Below, piece by piece: positions 14,245 to 27,624 of a DNA stretch of 64,000 nt. Position numbers and translations under genes: made by a program. Source of the DNA: Eledone cirrhosa (lineage: Eukaryota); NCBI GenBank assembly GCA_964016885.1, contig OZ024741.1, forward strand, positions 37,758,001-37,822,000, read 5' to 3'. Below the pieces are notes generated by a model. The model was not told where the DNA came from. It saw only the letters and a program-made list of their open reading frames with translations, and made no database searches. The stretch's first letter is position 1; every line of letters starts with the position of its first letter.

Positions 14245-14639
14245 CCAATGTTTTATCAATTTCTTTTTTATTTGGTTCCTGTTGTTCTTATTGTTATATA
14301 GATATATATATATATGTATATATTAATATATGTATATGTATGTCTGTCTGAACAAACAAACAGTGCTGGGGTGAGTTTCACTTCAGTTTTTTGTTTATAA
14401 AAAACCCCCCAAAAATAAAATGAAATATTTCAAATGATGAAATGAAATGAAAAAAACACAAACAACAATTAATAGGCATCATATAATGGTGATTCCATTT
14501 AATGAAAGAATCTGCTATTCTGGGTTTAATTTTTCTACTTCTGTCTTTGATTAAACTTTGTTTTTTAAAAGAGAACTTTAAAAATATGTATATGCATGTG
14601 TATATATATGTATATGTACATATATATATCATCATATGT

Positions 14640-14691
<52 letters not shown>

Positions 14692-14964
14692 TATATATAT
14701 AATTTGCAATGGTGAGGGCTATATTATTTTATCTAGTTTTGTAATTCTAATTTGCTTTTCACCCTACCCCCACCCCACCCATCATCACCGCTGCCAACCT
14801 TCCTCTCCTTCATTCAATTTTTTCTTCTTTTTTTTTCCCAAAACCTGTTTGATCACTCCTGTGTAATTTATTTTTTAATTTTAAGAAACCAAAAATTTCT
14901 TTTGCCCCCTCTTTCTCTTCAGTTTGTGGGAATATATATATATATACATACATGTATATATATG

Positions 14965-15009
<45 letters not shown>

Positions 15010-16399
15010 ATATATATATATATTGTCTATTTGCTACTATGTATGTGTATATTCTTTTTTTAATGTCCTACATAGTACCAAGTCTCCACTCTGATGGAAA
15101 AAAATTAACCCAAACAACCTTCTTTCTTTTCTGTGTTTTTTTTTTTTATTTTCCATTTCTTTTTTAACAATATTTTTCTCATTGTAATTTTCTTTATATT
15201 TATTTTTATATTTTTCTTCTCTCTGCATCAATGTAATTAATTATTATATTTAAAAAAAAAAAAATTTATTTTCAATTACCAGCCCCACCCACCCAGCCCC
15301 CTTTAAAAAAAAAAAACAAATAAATAAATAAATGCTTCCCGAAGGTAGCACCTGCTACCTTAAGCTACCACTGCTACTGTTGTCCGGTTGGTCAGTCAGT
15401 TCGCTGAAATATCCTTTCATAAAAAAGAATCCATAAGTCTGCTACTTACTGCTGTTGGTATTTTGATATTTAAAAAAAAACAAAAGCCAAAATATGGTTT
15501 TCTCTGAATATATTTCAACAACATCAACAACAGCAGCAAAAATCTATATCTATATAACTTTATTATTATAATTATAATTATTATTATCATTATTATTATT
15601 AGTGGTTTGATAACAGAATGTCTTATGGTGATGATGATGATAAATGTGTGTGTGTGTTTGTATGTGTGTGAATGTGTGTTGCTTGTGTATGTATATATAT
15701 ATGTGTGTATATATATATATACATATATATACATATATATGTATATATATATATAAGATCTGTGGCAGTGGTAGCGTCTCCCCTTTCCCAGCTCCCTCCC
15801 CCTTCTCCCCCCATCCTCTCTCATGTGATTCACAATAATACCAAAGTCAATTGTCTGTTGGTCTGTACATCTGTCTGCAGTATAGATATTATATATAATA
15901 ATGTGGTGAAGTAGACAGCCAAGCTTTACCCAAAGAGGACAACAGGAATATGGTTCTATTTTTACACAATTGCCATGGCTTTTGCCAGCTTGTGTAAATT
16001 TGTTAATTTCAAGATAACAAAAATCGAGAAAAAAAATTTTAAAAATTATTATTGAAAAAAAAATATAAGTTGAATTTTTTTTTAATTTTTTTTTTTTTTT
16101 TTTTTCCAAAATGCAAGCCAGAAACTCACATAATTCATGTTGACAATCAAATGACTTGATAAATCATTGCTGCCGATATATAACCATTGTCTTCAGTTGT
16201 TATTTTTTATATTCACACTCTCTTTCATGTTTTCTTTCTCATAACAACTATTTCAGTGACTGATGGGCTTCAGCTTTTGAATTCAACACTTTATTTAGCT
16301 ATTTATCTTTTGATGTTTCTGTAAATTGGTTGGTGATCAAATGGAGACTGAAGGGGACTTCTCTACCCTATACTGTCTTGTTGAGTAACATCATAAATT

Positions 16400-16725
16400 A
16401 TCTAGAGCAGGTGCTACAAATTGCACCCAGTACACTCTGTATTGTGGGAATACTGATGCCAAACGCTGCACCCAGTACACCCTGTAATGTGAGAGTGCTG
16501 ATGTCATGATAACATGCACACTCTGTAAAGAGGTAGCACTAGAATGCTCTTGATAAAATGCATTCTGTATAATTTGTAAAGTAGTCAGTCTTAGGAAGAG
16601 CATTGCTCCATAAAAACCATGCCAAAATATGGAATATGTAAGATGTGGTTCTCCAATTCCTGTAGTCTTGGATCATAATGACCTGTACAACCCATGCCAT
16701 CATGGAAAATGATGATGATGATGAT
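16400..16725 (+). mobile_element. Decayed retroposon with RTE-like 3' end and (GAT)n tail
   Basis: ttaggaagagcat..aaaaaccatgccaaa..cccatgcca.catggaaaatgatgatgat; related pieces at ~18590-18870, 20700-20790 and 22200-22365. Confidence 0.55.
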
Positions 16726-17478
16726 ACAGCCTGCAGATGAAGGGCAGCTTCCATCCATAACACATTTCAAGGCCTCTGAGACCGATGGGAAGGAAAGGGG
16801 AAGAAAGTATTTTCAAACCTGAGATATGACATGAATGCTTGCAACAGAGTGAACAACTCTAAAGGCACCCAAGTGCCAGCTGTAGGTTTTAGCAATTCCG
16901 TTACCATATTTCGCAGTATTTAGAAATTAATCACAAATTTGGAAGAATATAATACAACTAGCTTTCCTGTTATCAAACTGTTTGAAACAACAAAGAAACA
17001 TTAAATTATAATGGAAAGGTTTTAGATAAATATAAATAGTTTTGTGTCATAGAATCAAGGACAATTTCATTGCGATTTAGGCTTGTGACCTGTCTTATGA
17101 GGCATGGGATAGGCATATTCTATGACTCCAAAGAGGATCCAGAATGGAGCAAACGAATAGATGAAATAGTCACTCATCATATTTATTTATTTATTCAATT
17201 TAAACGTCCGTATAGAGCTAGTAAGTCATGCCAGACTAGGGGAAGTATCGAGTACTTGCAGTTGGTAATCAAAAAGAGCTAGTGAGACATGTAATAAAAA
17301 AAACAACTAAAAACTAAAATAAAAAAAAAAGAAAACAAATAAAATTTGAAAGTAGATTATGCATAAGAAAATGAAAAAGAAAAGAGGAAACAAGGGAAAT
17401 CTGCCTTTTTTTGTTGACAGGTTGTATCAATTAGTCCTACAGACATAAATTCCACAAGCTACATTGAAAGAAGCACAG

Positions 17479-17857
17479 CTGAGGGAGAGCAGTAACTTTT
17501 ATATATACTTGTACATTGGACCACCCATCTGAGGGAGAGCAATAACTTTTGTACTTGTACATTAGACCACCTATCTGAGGGAGAGCAGTAATTCTTATAT
17601 ATACTTGTACATTAGACCATCTATCTGAGGGAGAGCAGTAACTTTTATATATACTTGTACATTAGACCACCCATCTGAGCGAGAGCAGTAACTTTTATAT
17701 ATACTTGTACATTAGACCACCCATCTGAGGGAGAGCAGTAACTTTTATATATATACTTGTACATTAGACCACCCATCTGAGGGAGAGCAGTAACTCTTAT
17801 ACTTGTACATTAGACCACCCATCTGAGGGAGAGCAGTAACTCTTATATATACTTGTA
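17479..17857. repeat. ~50-bp minisatellite, about 8 units
   Basis: Unit ctgagggagagcagtaacttttatatatacttgtacattagaccacccat starting at 17479, 17529, 17575, 17625, 17675, 17725, 17777 and 17823. Confidence 0.95.
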
Positions 17858-19335
17858 AGACAAACATTTCATATGTGATGAAATCTTTTTTTCTTCTTTT
17901 CTTCCTCTTCTTCAAATAGTGGTAAGCTATCAGGTGAGATGGGGCAATGGGTGACACTGTTGGCTCTCGGGAAAACTCTTACAACCCAGTGATGTAGCTA
18001 TGATGAAGCAATTAAAGGCCACCTCTAAAAAATTCTTACTCTTTGGGGGTCTGAAAATAATACCAAATTTGGAAACTGGCAGGAATAAGAGCACCAAAAA
18101 CTGCAGTATGGTCTGAAATATTACATCCTTCTTTTTGTGGGGTAATAAGGGATATGTTCAGGCCTAAGGTAGAGGGGTGTATTTGAAAAATATATTTCAG
18201 TCTCCATCCAATAATGGAAAGACTGGTGATGGGCTTGTGAGGCATGGAATGGGCACACAAAGGTTGCATATTCCGGGGCCCCAAAGAGGATTCTGAATGG
18301 AACAAACAAATAGATGAAATAGTCACTCATAAATTTACCTTTTCCTGTTGACAGCTGTATCAATTAGTCCTACAGACATAAATTCCACAAGTTACATTGA
18401 AAGCAGCCCATGTGAGGGAGAACAGTAACTTCATATAAAAATTACATGGGGTAGATATTGACTCCATACAAAAGATAACCTGTCTAGGAGAGCAGTAATT
18501 CTGAATAACTGATACAGTGTAGAAGGGATACTTTAGTCCTGACAGACACCTTCTCTTGTGCTGGTGGTATGATAAAATTGTCTCGGTTCAAATTGTAAAG
18601 TGGTTGGTGATAGGAAGGGTGGTCAGCTAGTAAAACCATGCCAAGACAGAATAGTACAGTTTATTCTAAAAAAAACTTGAAAGCATAGAAAATGATCATG
18701 ACTATCATCATCATTTTTAATGCCTGCTGACTTGTTTACTCTCAGACTGTTATGTCTGAGACTAGACAACTCGGAGAATCACATGTTGCTTATATGTTTC
18801 ATAATCTAGCATAGTTTCTATGGCTGGATGCTCTTCATAACACCAACTACTTTGCAGAGTGCACTGGGTGCATTATATAATATAAAGGTTTGTTTGGGCA
18901 AATATATGAAAAGATCCCAGTACACACTAGAAATCAAGCCTAAAGACATCCTTATGGACAAGACATGTTCGTCTGACATGACTAGTCACATAACATGACA
19001 GCCCATCTAATCCATGCAACCACATAAAAAATAGACATGAAACGAAATTATGATGTTGATATATAAAACAATCTAGACCAGCTTCATTGACAGCTGTAGA
19101 AACTGCTTCCTTGACAGTAACAATCACTAATTAGTTATTAAGTTAGAGATATTTTTCCACCACAACAGATTTAATCTACTATTTACTGTAAATACATAAC
19201 TGACAAATTGGAATTGTTGAGGATAATCTTTGGATTAAAGATTAACACTTTAAAAAATACTTCAACATATTTGCTCAACTGAATCAAATCATTTCTCATG
19301 AACCAAAAACGTTTTGCTTTATTCAAAACTAGATT

Positions 19336-19537
19336 ACAAAGGTTGGCTGAATAGTTTGTTCATAGGCTGACCAAGATACTCTCATGGAATGACCAAATGA
19401 GGTTTATTTTTCAACATAGTACCTAGAAAGAAACAATGTAGTTATTAATAAGAAGAGTTGAAATTAATGCATGCAAGATTTCACAGCTCTAGCATCACTC
19501 CTTCATAGGCAATTAACTCTTTGGCCAACCCTTGTTA
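19336..19537. mobile_element. Mariner-like non-autonomous remnant
   Basis: Imperfect inverted ends tacaaaggttggctgaa / ttggccaacccttgt with internal tttatttttcaacatagt. Confidence 0.45.
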
Positions 19538-19753
19538 TAGCAACAAAAAAACACACTGACTTTGTCAATCCAGTACAACCGATAAATCTAAAGCCATTTT
19601 GAAAATTGATAAAGGTCTTTAATTTATTTTACTAAATGTAAAGGAATGGTGCTGAAGGTGTCACAGAGGTTACCAACTCTTATGTACATGTGGACTTGTA
19701 ACTCCAGATGGAGTCATAGGGGGCACTCTTGTGACATGGTATGTTTTGGGCAT

Positions 19754-19967
19754 ATTAACCCTTTAGTACTTACATTACTCTGTATATACTTTTGTATTTT
19801 GAGGGTAAAGGCTTTACCTCACATAATATTGAATCTATGAGATTTTGATATTATTTATTTTGAGAAGAGTACCTTAACATCAGTATGAGCAGCAAGTTAC
19901 AGCTGGTTTAAACAGAAAGAGGTGAGAGAATTCTGGCTTGATACAGCCAGTTTAAATGCTAAAGGGT
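19754..19967. mobile_element. Second ttaaccc-type MITE family
   Basis: Ends ttaaccctttagta ... tttaaatgctaaagggt. Confidence 0.65.
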
Positions 19968-20224
19968 GGGGCCTATCCCCTCTCCAGGTTGGATTACAGC
20001 CAATTTCTTCCTGAGAAGGAAAGAGTGAGAAAGAGATCTAGCGGAAGAATAGAATCAACCCCAGTACTGGACTGGTTCTTTTTTATTGAACTTAAAAGGA
20101 TGAAAGGCAAAGCTGATCTCAGCAGGATTTGAACTTGAACTGCATGGAGCTGGAAGGAATACTGCAAAGCTTTCTCGCTGACACTCTAATGACTCATTCT
20201 GCTGTATACCAACTCTTATATACA

Positions 20225-20400
20225 GTTTGCAGCATAGAGTTAAGATGCTTTACGTTCTGAGTTCAAATCGCACCGAGGTAAAGCTTTGTTTTTCATCCTT
20301 ACGGGGTTGATAAAATAAAGTACTAGTAATGCACTGGGGTAGATTTAATCGACTTTCCCCTCCCCCAAAGTTGTTGGCTTTGTGCCTAAATCAGAAACCA
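20225..20400 (+). mobile_element. Meta-domain SINE (an oppositely oriented copy lies at ~20040-20195)
   Basis: tttacgttctgagttcaaatcgcaccgagg..tcatccttacggggttgataaaataaagtac. Confidence 0.8.
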
Positions 20401-20421
20401 ATATTGATTTTCTTACTTTTT

Positions 20422-22141
20422 TTTGTTTTGTGTTCTAAATTATAAACTGTGGATTTATTTCTTCTGGAGCTAAGCTATCCACACCCAACCAAATCTGTCT
20501 CCCTTAAGCGTTTTAACTTCGATTGATGAAGGATCCTCCATCAATTCAAGGATGAGCATTCAGTTATTTGATCAACTGAACATCTGTTTAACTCATGAAT
20601 TAACATGTAAGTGGTTGAGTATTCCACAGACACATGTATTTTTAATGTAACTTCCAAGCTGGAGTCAATAAAATAAAGTACTAATCAGAGCAAGACATGG
20701 TCACCTGACCTGGCATTTCCCACAACAGGACAACTCATCTAACCCATGCTAGTGTGGAAAAATGGACGTAAAATGGTGATGATGATGAGTCAAGTACTGG
20801 GGTTCATTTAATTGACTTTTTCCACAAATTACTTGCCCTCCTTGTTCATTAGAAACAACTAATAGGAAATCATGTTTATTGATCTACAAAAATAATGATA
20901 TCATCAGCAATGTTTACGATCCAGTAGGTGAGCCTGTACATGGTTGCTGAATCTACTTAAAATAACAGCCAAATATCCCTCAAATCACACCTTTTTATTA
21001 TTTTAAAAAGGGAAAGATGCATTGTATATGGTGTATCTATTCTAAATAGGGTATCCTTGTATATCATATGAAGTGACTAATAGAGTTAACACCAGAAAAT
21101 AATGTGACAAACTTGGACCTTTGAATTACAAGCAGTGCTGGATTTAGGACAAATGGGGCTCTGTGCTGGTTAAGTTATGAGGCCCCATACTTGGGCCCTG
21201 AAGGAGGTAGGCCCAGTAGACATACACAGGCAGATGCCCCACCTTGGCCAACAGGGCCGCTTAAGCACACCTAAGCACAATGGTAAATCCAGCACTGATT
21301 ACAAGTACAATCCATCTGATGGGCCTCTACACAGTTTTAGTAGGGGATCCTTTACCCATATCACTCACAAGACTTGAGTTGACCTGTGGCTATGGTCAAG
21401 ACACTTTTTTAAGGTGTCACACAGTGGGATCAAACCTAAGACCTCATGATTGTGAAGCAGATTTCTTAACCACTCATCCATGCCTGCATCCACTGTTGAA
21501 ATATAAATGAAATGCAAATATTCACTGAGCCTCTGGGTACTCAAATGACCCAGAGCATTTTTTCTTTAAATCTAACTTCATAATAGTACTATAACTGTTG
21601 CTATTAGTATGTAAAATTATTTTGGAAATATAGAGGACTCACATTTTACTTGGTTGATTGCTGTTCTAATCCCCTTCCTCCCTATTTTAAAATACACATG
21701 TTTAAGAACCATATATAAAAGTATTGGTGAAGGAAGCAAAATGTCAGGTTCTTTGGAGATTTAGAAAACTTGGGGAAGCAATGACTGCAGTCAGGATTAG
21801 AGTTTTCTCCCTTACATTATGTAATAGGGTTTCATGTGGAACAGAATGTTAAGGGCTTTCCATGTCTTGCTCTGATTAGTACTTTATTTTATTGACTCCA
21901 GCTTGGAAGTTACATTAAGAATACATGTGTCTGTGGAATACTCAACCACTTACATGTTAATTCATGAGTTAAACAGATGTTCAGTTGATCAAATAACTGA
22001 ATGCTCATCCTTGAATTGATGGAGGATCCTTCATTAATCGAAGTTAAAACGCTTAAGGGAGACAGATTTGGTTGGGTGTGGATAGCTTAGCTCCAGAAGA
22101 AATAAATCCACAGTTTATAATTTAGAACACAAAACAAAAAA
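20422..22141. repeat. Inverted duplication with ~280-bp arms (20422-20700 and 21860-22141)
   Basis: Arms are reverse complements with only about 2 substitutions seen by eye; ~1.16-kb spacer. Confidence 0.95.
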
Positions 22142-22364
22142 CATGGAAACGAGACTATTTAAAAGGGCAGAAGATGTGGGTTCACTATGTCTATATTATG
22201 TAAAGTGGTTGCTGTTAGAATTGACATCCAGCCATAGAATTTATGACAAAATATGGAATGTAAAAGAAAGACAAGATTTCCAAACCATACCATATTTTCT
22301 TGGATCATGACAATTCGTCCAACTCATGACTGCAGTGGAAGTGGACGTAAAATGCTGCTGCTGT

Positions 22365-22405
<41 letters not shown>

Positions 22406-22409
22406 CATC

Positions 22410-23790
22410 ATGACTAACGATGTGTTAGTGTTCAACAGAAGATCGAGAAAAAGCAGTTCCCAGGCAAGAACTGTTTAATGGAGTTCAGCAAAGAAAATGT
22501 CCCAACATTATTTTATTTGGTGAGCACGCATATCTAATTTCAGACTTGTAGCATCATTACCAGGGAGGTTACAGACAGTGTATGTCAAGTTTTCTAGGTT
22601 TTCAGGAACAATATGAGTCTTGAGATGACCCTAGCCCTGCTGAAAAGATACAACGAAGACATTGATAGTGTGCAGGGACGGGGTCTGTCGTGGGAAACGC
22701 TCGAGTTAGTGTGACATCACTTTTGTCGTGGTTGCACACCATGATATAGTCAAGCATATGCCCATGACCTGATCTCGGATGCCTCCAGGTGGTTTTAATT
22801 CATTGTCCTATTGAAACAAGGTATGGATTAGAAGAGTTATCCTGTTGTGGGCAATGCAATACAGAGACCAAACTCGTTAAGCAAGGAGAGCAAGGAAAGC
22901 ACATTTGAATTGACTTTACCTATGCCGTGTTTACTAAGACAATGTTGCCATTTAAGATGATCAGCACCAACGCGAACATTGAAATCACCCAGGAGTATGA
23001 TCTTGCCATGTCTTGGCACACAGTTTAAGAGTTCACGAAGATCAGAGAAAACTTATTTTTTATAGTCTCAGAAGGGTTCAAGGTTGGGGCATAGCAGTTA
23101 ATGAAGGAGACATGTTTGTTTTTGCGAATTAGAAGTCGTAAATGTATAAGAAACTCATATATGCCCGTTGGCAATGATTCAAGGTTGTTTGCAATGCCAG
23201 GTTTCATGGCAAAGCCCACTCTAAATTCTCGATTTTAAGTTTCACGTTTACCAAACCAAAAGAAGGTGTAACCACCACGTATTTCTTTTAGCTGACTAAA
23301 GCCTGGAAGTCTTGTTTCCGACAAGGCAGCAATATCAATGCGTTCTTCCTTCAGAACCAGAGCAACAATGGATGACCTCTGCTCATGTTATTTTCTGTGG
23401 GTTGTTATGTACCTAAATTCTAAGCCACTCCATAAATCCTCTTTCTTTCATTTCTGGAGTTTGGATTATTTCTTGTTTCGACTACAAAATTGGACGTCCC
23501 GTCACCTGCAGCATGGTGACAGGGTTAAGAGTGCAAACAATGTTTAGGGCACCTTTTCTAATCCCTTTCCATTTATGAGAAAGTAATCTATCCTAGATAT
23601 GGCTGCTTTGTAGTTAGGAAGAGGACACGGACTACGATATTGCTCACGGGTGTTTCACAGAATGGTCATCTGTTTACCACCATACGTGAAAAGACCAGGT
23701 TAAAGACCTCCAGTGGCAGCCGCCACCTGTCCCCCCGTCACCTTCACTTCATCGTCGCAGGATTTGTTTTTATTTTTATAATGAACGACC
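22410..23790 (-). mobile_element. 5' part of an RTE-clade LINE (5' UTR plus broken APE endonuclease)
   Basis: Minus-strand peptides INCYAPT, IILLGDFNVRVG, HGIGKVNSN, TWRHPRSGHGHMLDYI, with frameshifts and stops; UTR motif aaagggattagaaaaggtgccctaaa. Confidence 0.9.
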
Positions 23791-23989
23791 TGCACTGTGA
23801 ATTTGATTATAGGGGATTTTGTTTATGCTGGACAGAACACACTCACTCCACCTAAAGGAATTTCCTGTGCTGGTGCACTGTGTGTTACCAGGTCACAGAT
23901 CAATTGATGGTTTGCTTGATCAAGCACTTGTTTTAAGGTGCCAGGACTTTCCATCACCTCTTCATGTGGCAAAGATACTTTATTTCATA

Positions 23990-24190
23990 TTGCCCTAGTC
24001 AGTACAACTGGCAGAAATGTGTTGTGGCCGGCTGTGTCACACATTGTACCACACTGAATCTCCCGTGAACTACGTTAAGGGTGCATATATCTCTGGATTG
24101 TTCGACCACTTACTTGATATTCTCACAATTAGGCAGTTCGGTTGATTGAGTCAACCAGAGCACTTGTCATTAGAAATGATGGAGGTACAA
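23990..24190 (+). mobile_element. SINE 3' half (family also at 13090-13220, 20530-20650, 21910-22030 and 38005-38270)
   Basis: ctgaatctcccgtgaactacgttaagggtgca..ttcgaccactt..gttgattgagtcaacc motif. Confidence 0.6.
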
Positions 24191-24197
24191 TAACAAC

Positions 24198-24592
24198 TCC
24201 CAGCTCAAGCCGGTGGGGCTGGACCGAGGGGACGGCAAAAGCCAGATGGCATGACCATCTTCCCGTTCCGCGGTGGCAAACCCCGCGTCTGGGATGCCAC
24301 TAGCACCGACACTTTCTGCAGCTGCGACTAACCCAGGTTCTGCTGCACGTCGGACTGAGGAGGACAAACTCCTCAAATAGCGGTCGCTCTCCGACAAGTT
24401 TGCGGTTGTACCCTTGGCACTGGAGACGTCTGGTGTCCTCGGCCCTAGGGCTACCTCCCTACTCATCACCAAAGGCACTGAGCTGGCCAGCCACAGGAAT
24501 GAGCCCTGCGAGTTGGAGTGGCTTTTCCAGCGCGTCTCCCTTGCCGTGCTTCGGGGAAACGCCTTCTCTATTCTGTCCGCCGAGGTTGTGGG
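24198..24592 (+). mobile_element. CRE-like non-LTR retrotransposon RLE-domain fragment (pseudogenised)
   Basis: PVGLDRGDGK.PDGMTIFPFRGGKPRVWDATSTDT ... PLALETSGVLGP ... WLFQRVSLAVLRGNAFSIL, with frameshifts and a stop. Confidence 0.85.
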
Positions 24593-24829
24593 GAGACAAG
24601 CCGATTATATTACGAATTCTGTTGAATAGTCTTAAATACGATTATTAAGAGGTTTCTTATCAAAATACAATTGAATTATGTCAGTAGATCATTTTATTTC
24701 TGGGGAAGGTGTATTTAAACAAAAACAACGAAGAATCCAGTGATTTGTGCTTCAGAAAGATGCTACACATCACATACACGGAACAGAAAACAGCTTTGTC
24801 AGGCGGTAAGTTAACAAATATGCTGGCAA

Positions 24830-25100
24830 ACAGGAACCACTCCTTGCAATTGTGAAAGGACAGAAGCTTGCCTGGTATGATCATATATCACGCCACAACT
24901 TCTTGTCCAAAACCATCCTTCAGGGTGCAGTTGAGGGAGGGCGAGGAAGAGGCAGACAAAGAACATCCTGGTCTGACAACATCAAAGACTGGACTGGTCA
25001 CAACACTGAGACCCTTCTATTGAGACTAAGAGCAATGTTGACAACTGAGTACAAAAGTGTCACCACAACGACTGGCTGCACCAGTTGCGGTGACATGATT
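24830..25100 (+). mobile_element. 3' end of an RTE-clade LINE
   Basis: KLAWYDHISRHNFLSKTILQGAVEGGRGRGRQRTSWSDNIKDWTG is a typical RTE ORF C-terminus. Confidence 0.85.
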
Positions 25101-25317
25101 ATATATATATATATAAATGAAGTAATTCCGTCAGAAAGGTCCAGGAAAAAAGAGTGCTCTATGTAGGTTTCAGAGCTTAATAGGTTTTTGTTTTTAAAAT
25201 CCAATATCAATAAATACACCAGGATTTTTTCATTCTGATGATTGAAAGCAAAATTTGTTTGCTTTCAAGAAACCACTGGTAAATGAAATAATTGCCTTAT
25301 GTTGTTTATTATATAAC

Positions 25318-25356
<39 letters not shown>

Positions 25357-25533
25357 GGGGGAGAGCATGTCGTAAAACGAACAAACGTCACATTTACTGC
25401 TCTATATTGCTATATTTATAAAGCTGTTTAACCTGTTTTAATAAATCTGTTAAAATGTTGCAGTGAAGAAAAATTTATGTTGAATGCAATTTCAAAAAAC
25501 AAGTCAATAATTTACTGTGTAAACGTTGAAGAC

Positions 25534-25860
<327 letters not shown>

Positions 25861-25869
25861 CTTCTATAT

Positions 25870-27030
25870 ATGTTTTCTATTTCTCTTAAATTTGAGTTTA
25901 TTTTTTATTAGCCGTCTTCCCGTTGGCAAGGTTGTAAAGAAAAGGAAAGTGTCGTCGTCTCTTGTGCAAGCGTTCATCCTTTGAATCGTAAGAATGTTTT
26001 GTTGATTTTGAAGGTCCCAGATTTTGTGGTCATTTGTAGCTTATGAATTTATCCACAAATTCTTGTTCAGTTATACTTTGGTCCAGCTGGGTTGGTATAT
26101 AACCTTTAGCTCCAATAATGACGGGTATGAACCTAAATATCTGCCAATCCCTCATCAAGTTTCTGTAGATACCACTTTGGCATCAAATGGGCAACTGACT
26201 TCTACAATATAACATGTTGTGGTCCCAAACAACAATATCAGATCGGTTGTGTTTTAATTTGGTGGGGGTTTTTGTTTTTAGATTCCACCAATATTCCTTT
26301 GAACTATCAGATTCAACATAATTCGCCCTAGTTGATTTTATTTTCGTCTTTCGTAATGTGTACCCTTCACATTTTCTCCACACAACCAGAGGATTCCCTG
26401 TTTGACATTTTCTGTAGAGTTGTTTCCAGTATTGCGCCGTCTATTTCATATTGCTTTTGCTGGACATGCTGGCAGTAGTCCTGCCTGGTCATGCTGGCGG
26501 TAGTCCTGCCCCAGTTCGTTTGACCATACAGTTTGTTTGTTGACCTCATCATTAATTTCCCATATAGATCTCTAGTAGCTCTCAACCTGATCTTTAGTAG
26601 GGGTGTCTTTTACATAGATTGGGCCTTTCACATTGAAGTTACGTTAGACTGACATGGGATCTCTGGCAAATAACATATTCGGTACTTGCCGTTTATACTC
26701 TGTAGATTTAAATTAATTTTTTCAGCTTTAACTGAGTTTTTGTTTCAGCTGGTATAGTTTGGAGTTTAGAGTATTAAACCTTGTATCTCCAAATAATCTC
26801 TCTAATTGTTTTTTTTAGGTAATTGTTTACCATTTCATTTACTGCCACCAATTCTAATTTAATAGGTTACTTATACTGGTGTTGTGTGGCCTGCCATTCA
26901 AATTAAGGTTGAGGACCTGTCGAAACATCAGCCCTGATCACGTCAAAAGGTTCTCAGTGTTCTTCTGTTTGTACAGAAGAGGTATGGATCTCAACTAAAT
27001 TGTTGGTGTCTTGTTTCCATCAGGGGAGTG
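25870..27030 (-). mobile_element. Decayed 3' part of an RLE-type (R4/Dong-like) non-LTR retrotransposon
   Basis: Minus-strand YWWNLKTKTPTKLKHNRSDIVVWD resembles the HNRPDI RLE motif; 3' UTR shared with 27625-27845; (ATGT)n on both sides. Confidence 0.7.
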
Positions 27031-27073
27031 GAATGATTATGTATGTATGAATGTATATATGTATGTATGAATG

Positions 27074-27107
<34 letters not shown>

Positions 27108-27114
27108 CGTATGT

Positions 27115-27530
27115 CTGGGAGCGATGACCCCTTAGCCTTTGTCAAGGCAGAATTCTAGGAGAAGGAAAACTCTGATATAACACCGGCAACCCTGATGGTA
27201 TCCAATGATGTTGACTTGTTCTTCTTTTTGGTAAATATCATCTTGGTTAAGCGAGTGGGACTGGCTTTGTGCAGTGCCTTTGCTCACTATAAAAGCTTCT
27301 CGGCACAAGCATTGCTTTATATCTGGAGATCTCTCTGCACTTATCGTCACATGGTACCATGGGCCCAGCACTGTGTGTCAATAATTGTCACAAGTGTAGT
27401 GTTTGTACCAGAGTTTTCAAGTCGTTGGCTGGACTAAAAAGTCACACTCATTCAGCGTATCGGTAGGGGTTCTCCTACATGGATATAAAGTAGTGGCTGT
27501 ACTCGAAAACGAGTTGGCAGCCACCATGTA
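27115..27530 (+). mobile_element. Short non-autonomous RTE derivative, 5'-truncated copy
   Basis: RTE 5' UTR-like ctaggagaaggaaaactctg, then a C2H2-finger remnant KCSVCTRVFKSLAGLKSHTHS and an (ATGT)n tail; closely similar to the reverse complement of 29908-30320. Confidence 0.75.
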
Positions 27531-27624
27531 CGTATGTATGTGCGTATGTATGTATGCTTGTATGTATGTATGCTTGTATGAGTGTATCTCTATGTATATA
27601 CATATGCATCTATGTTTATATGTA

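Noticed and set aside
17479-17857. CRISPR-like regular repeats (also 49177-49428 and 53048-53340)
   Set aside because: Units are contiguous with no unique spacers, there are no cas genes, and the context is eukaryotic.
27195-27437. 80-aa ORF conserved in two copies (also 29999-30241)
   Set aside because: Conservation is explained by the duplicated retroposon; the recognisable C2H2 remnant lies in a different frame.
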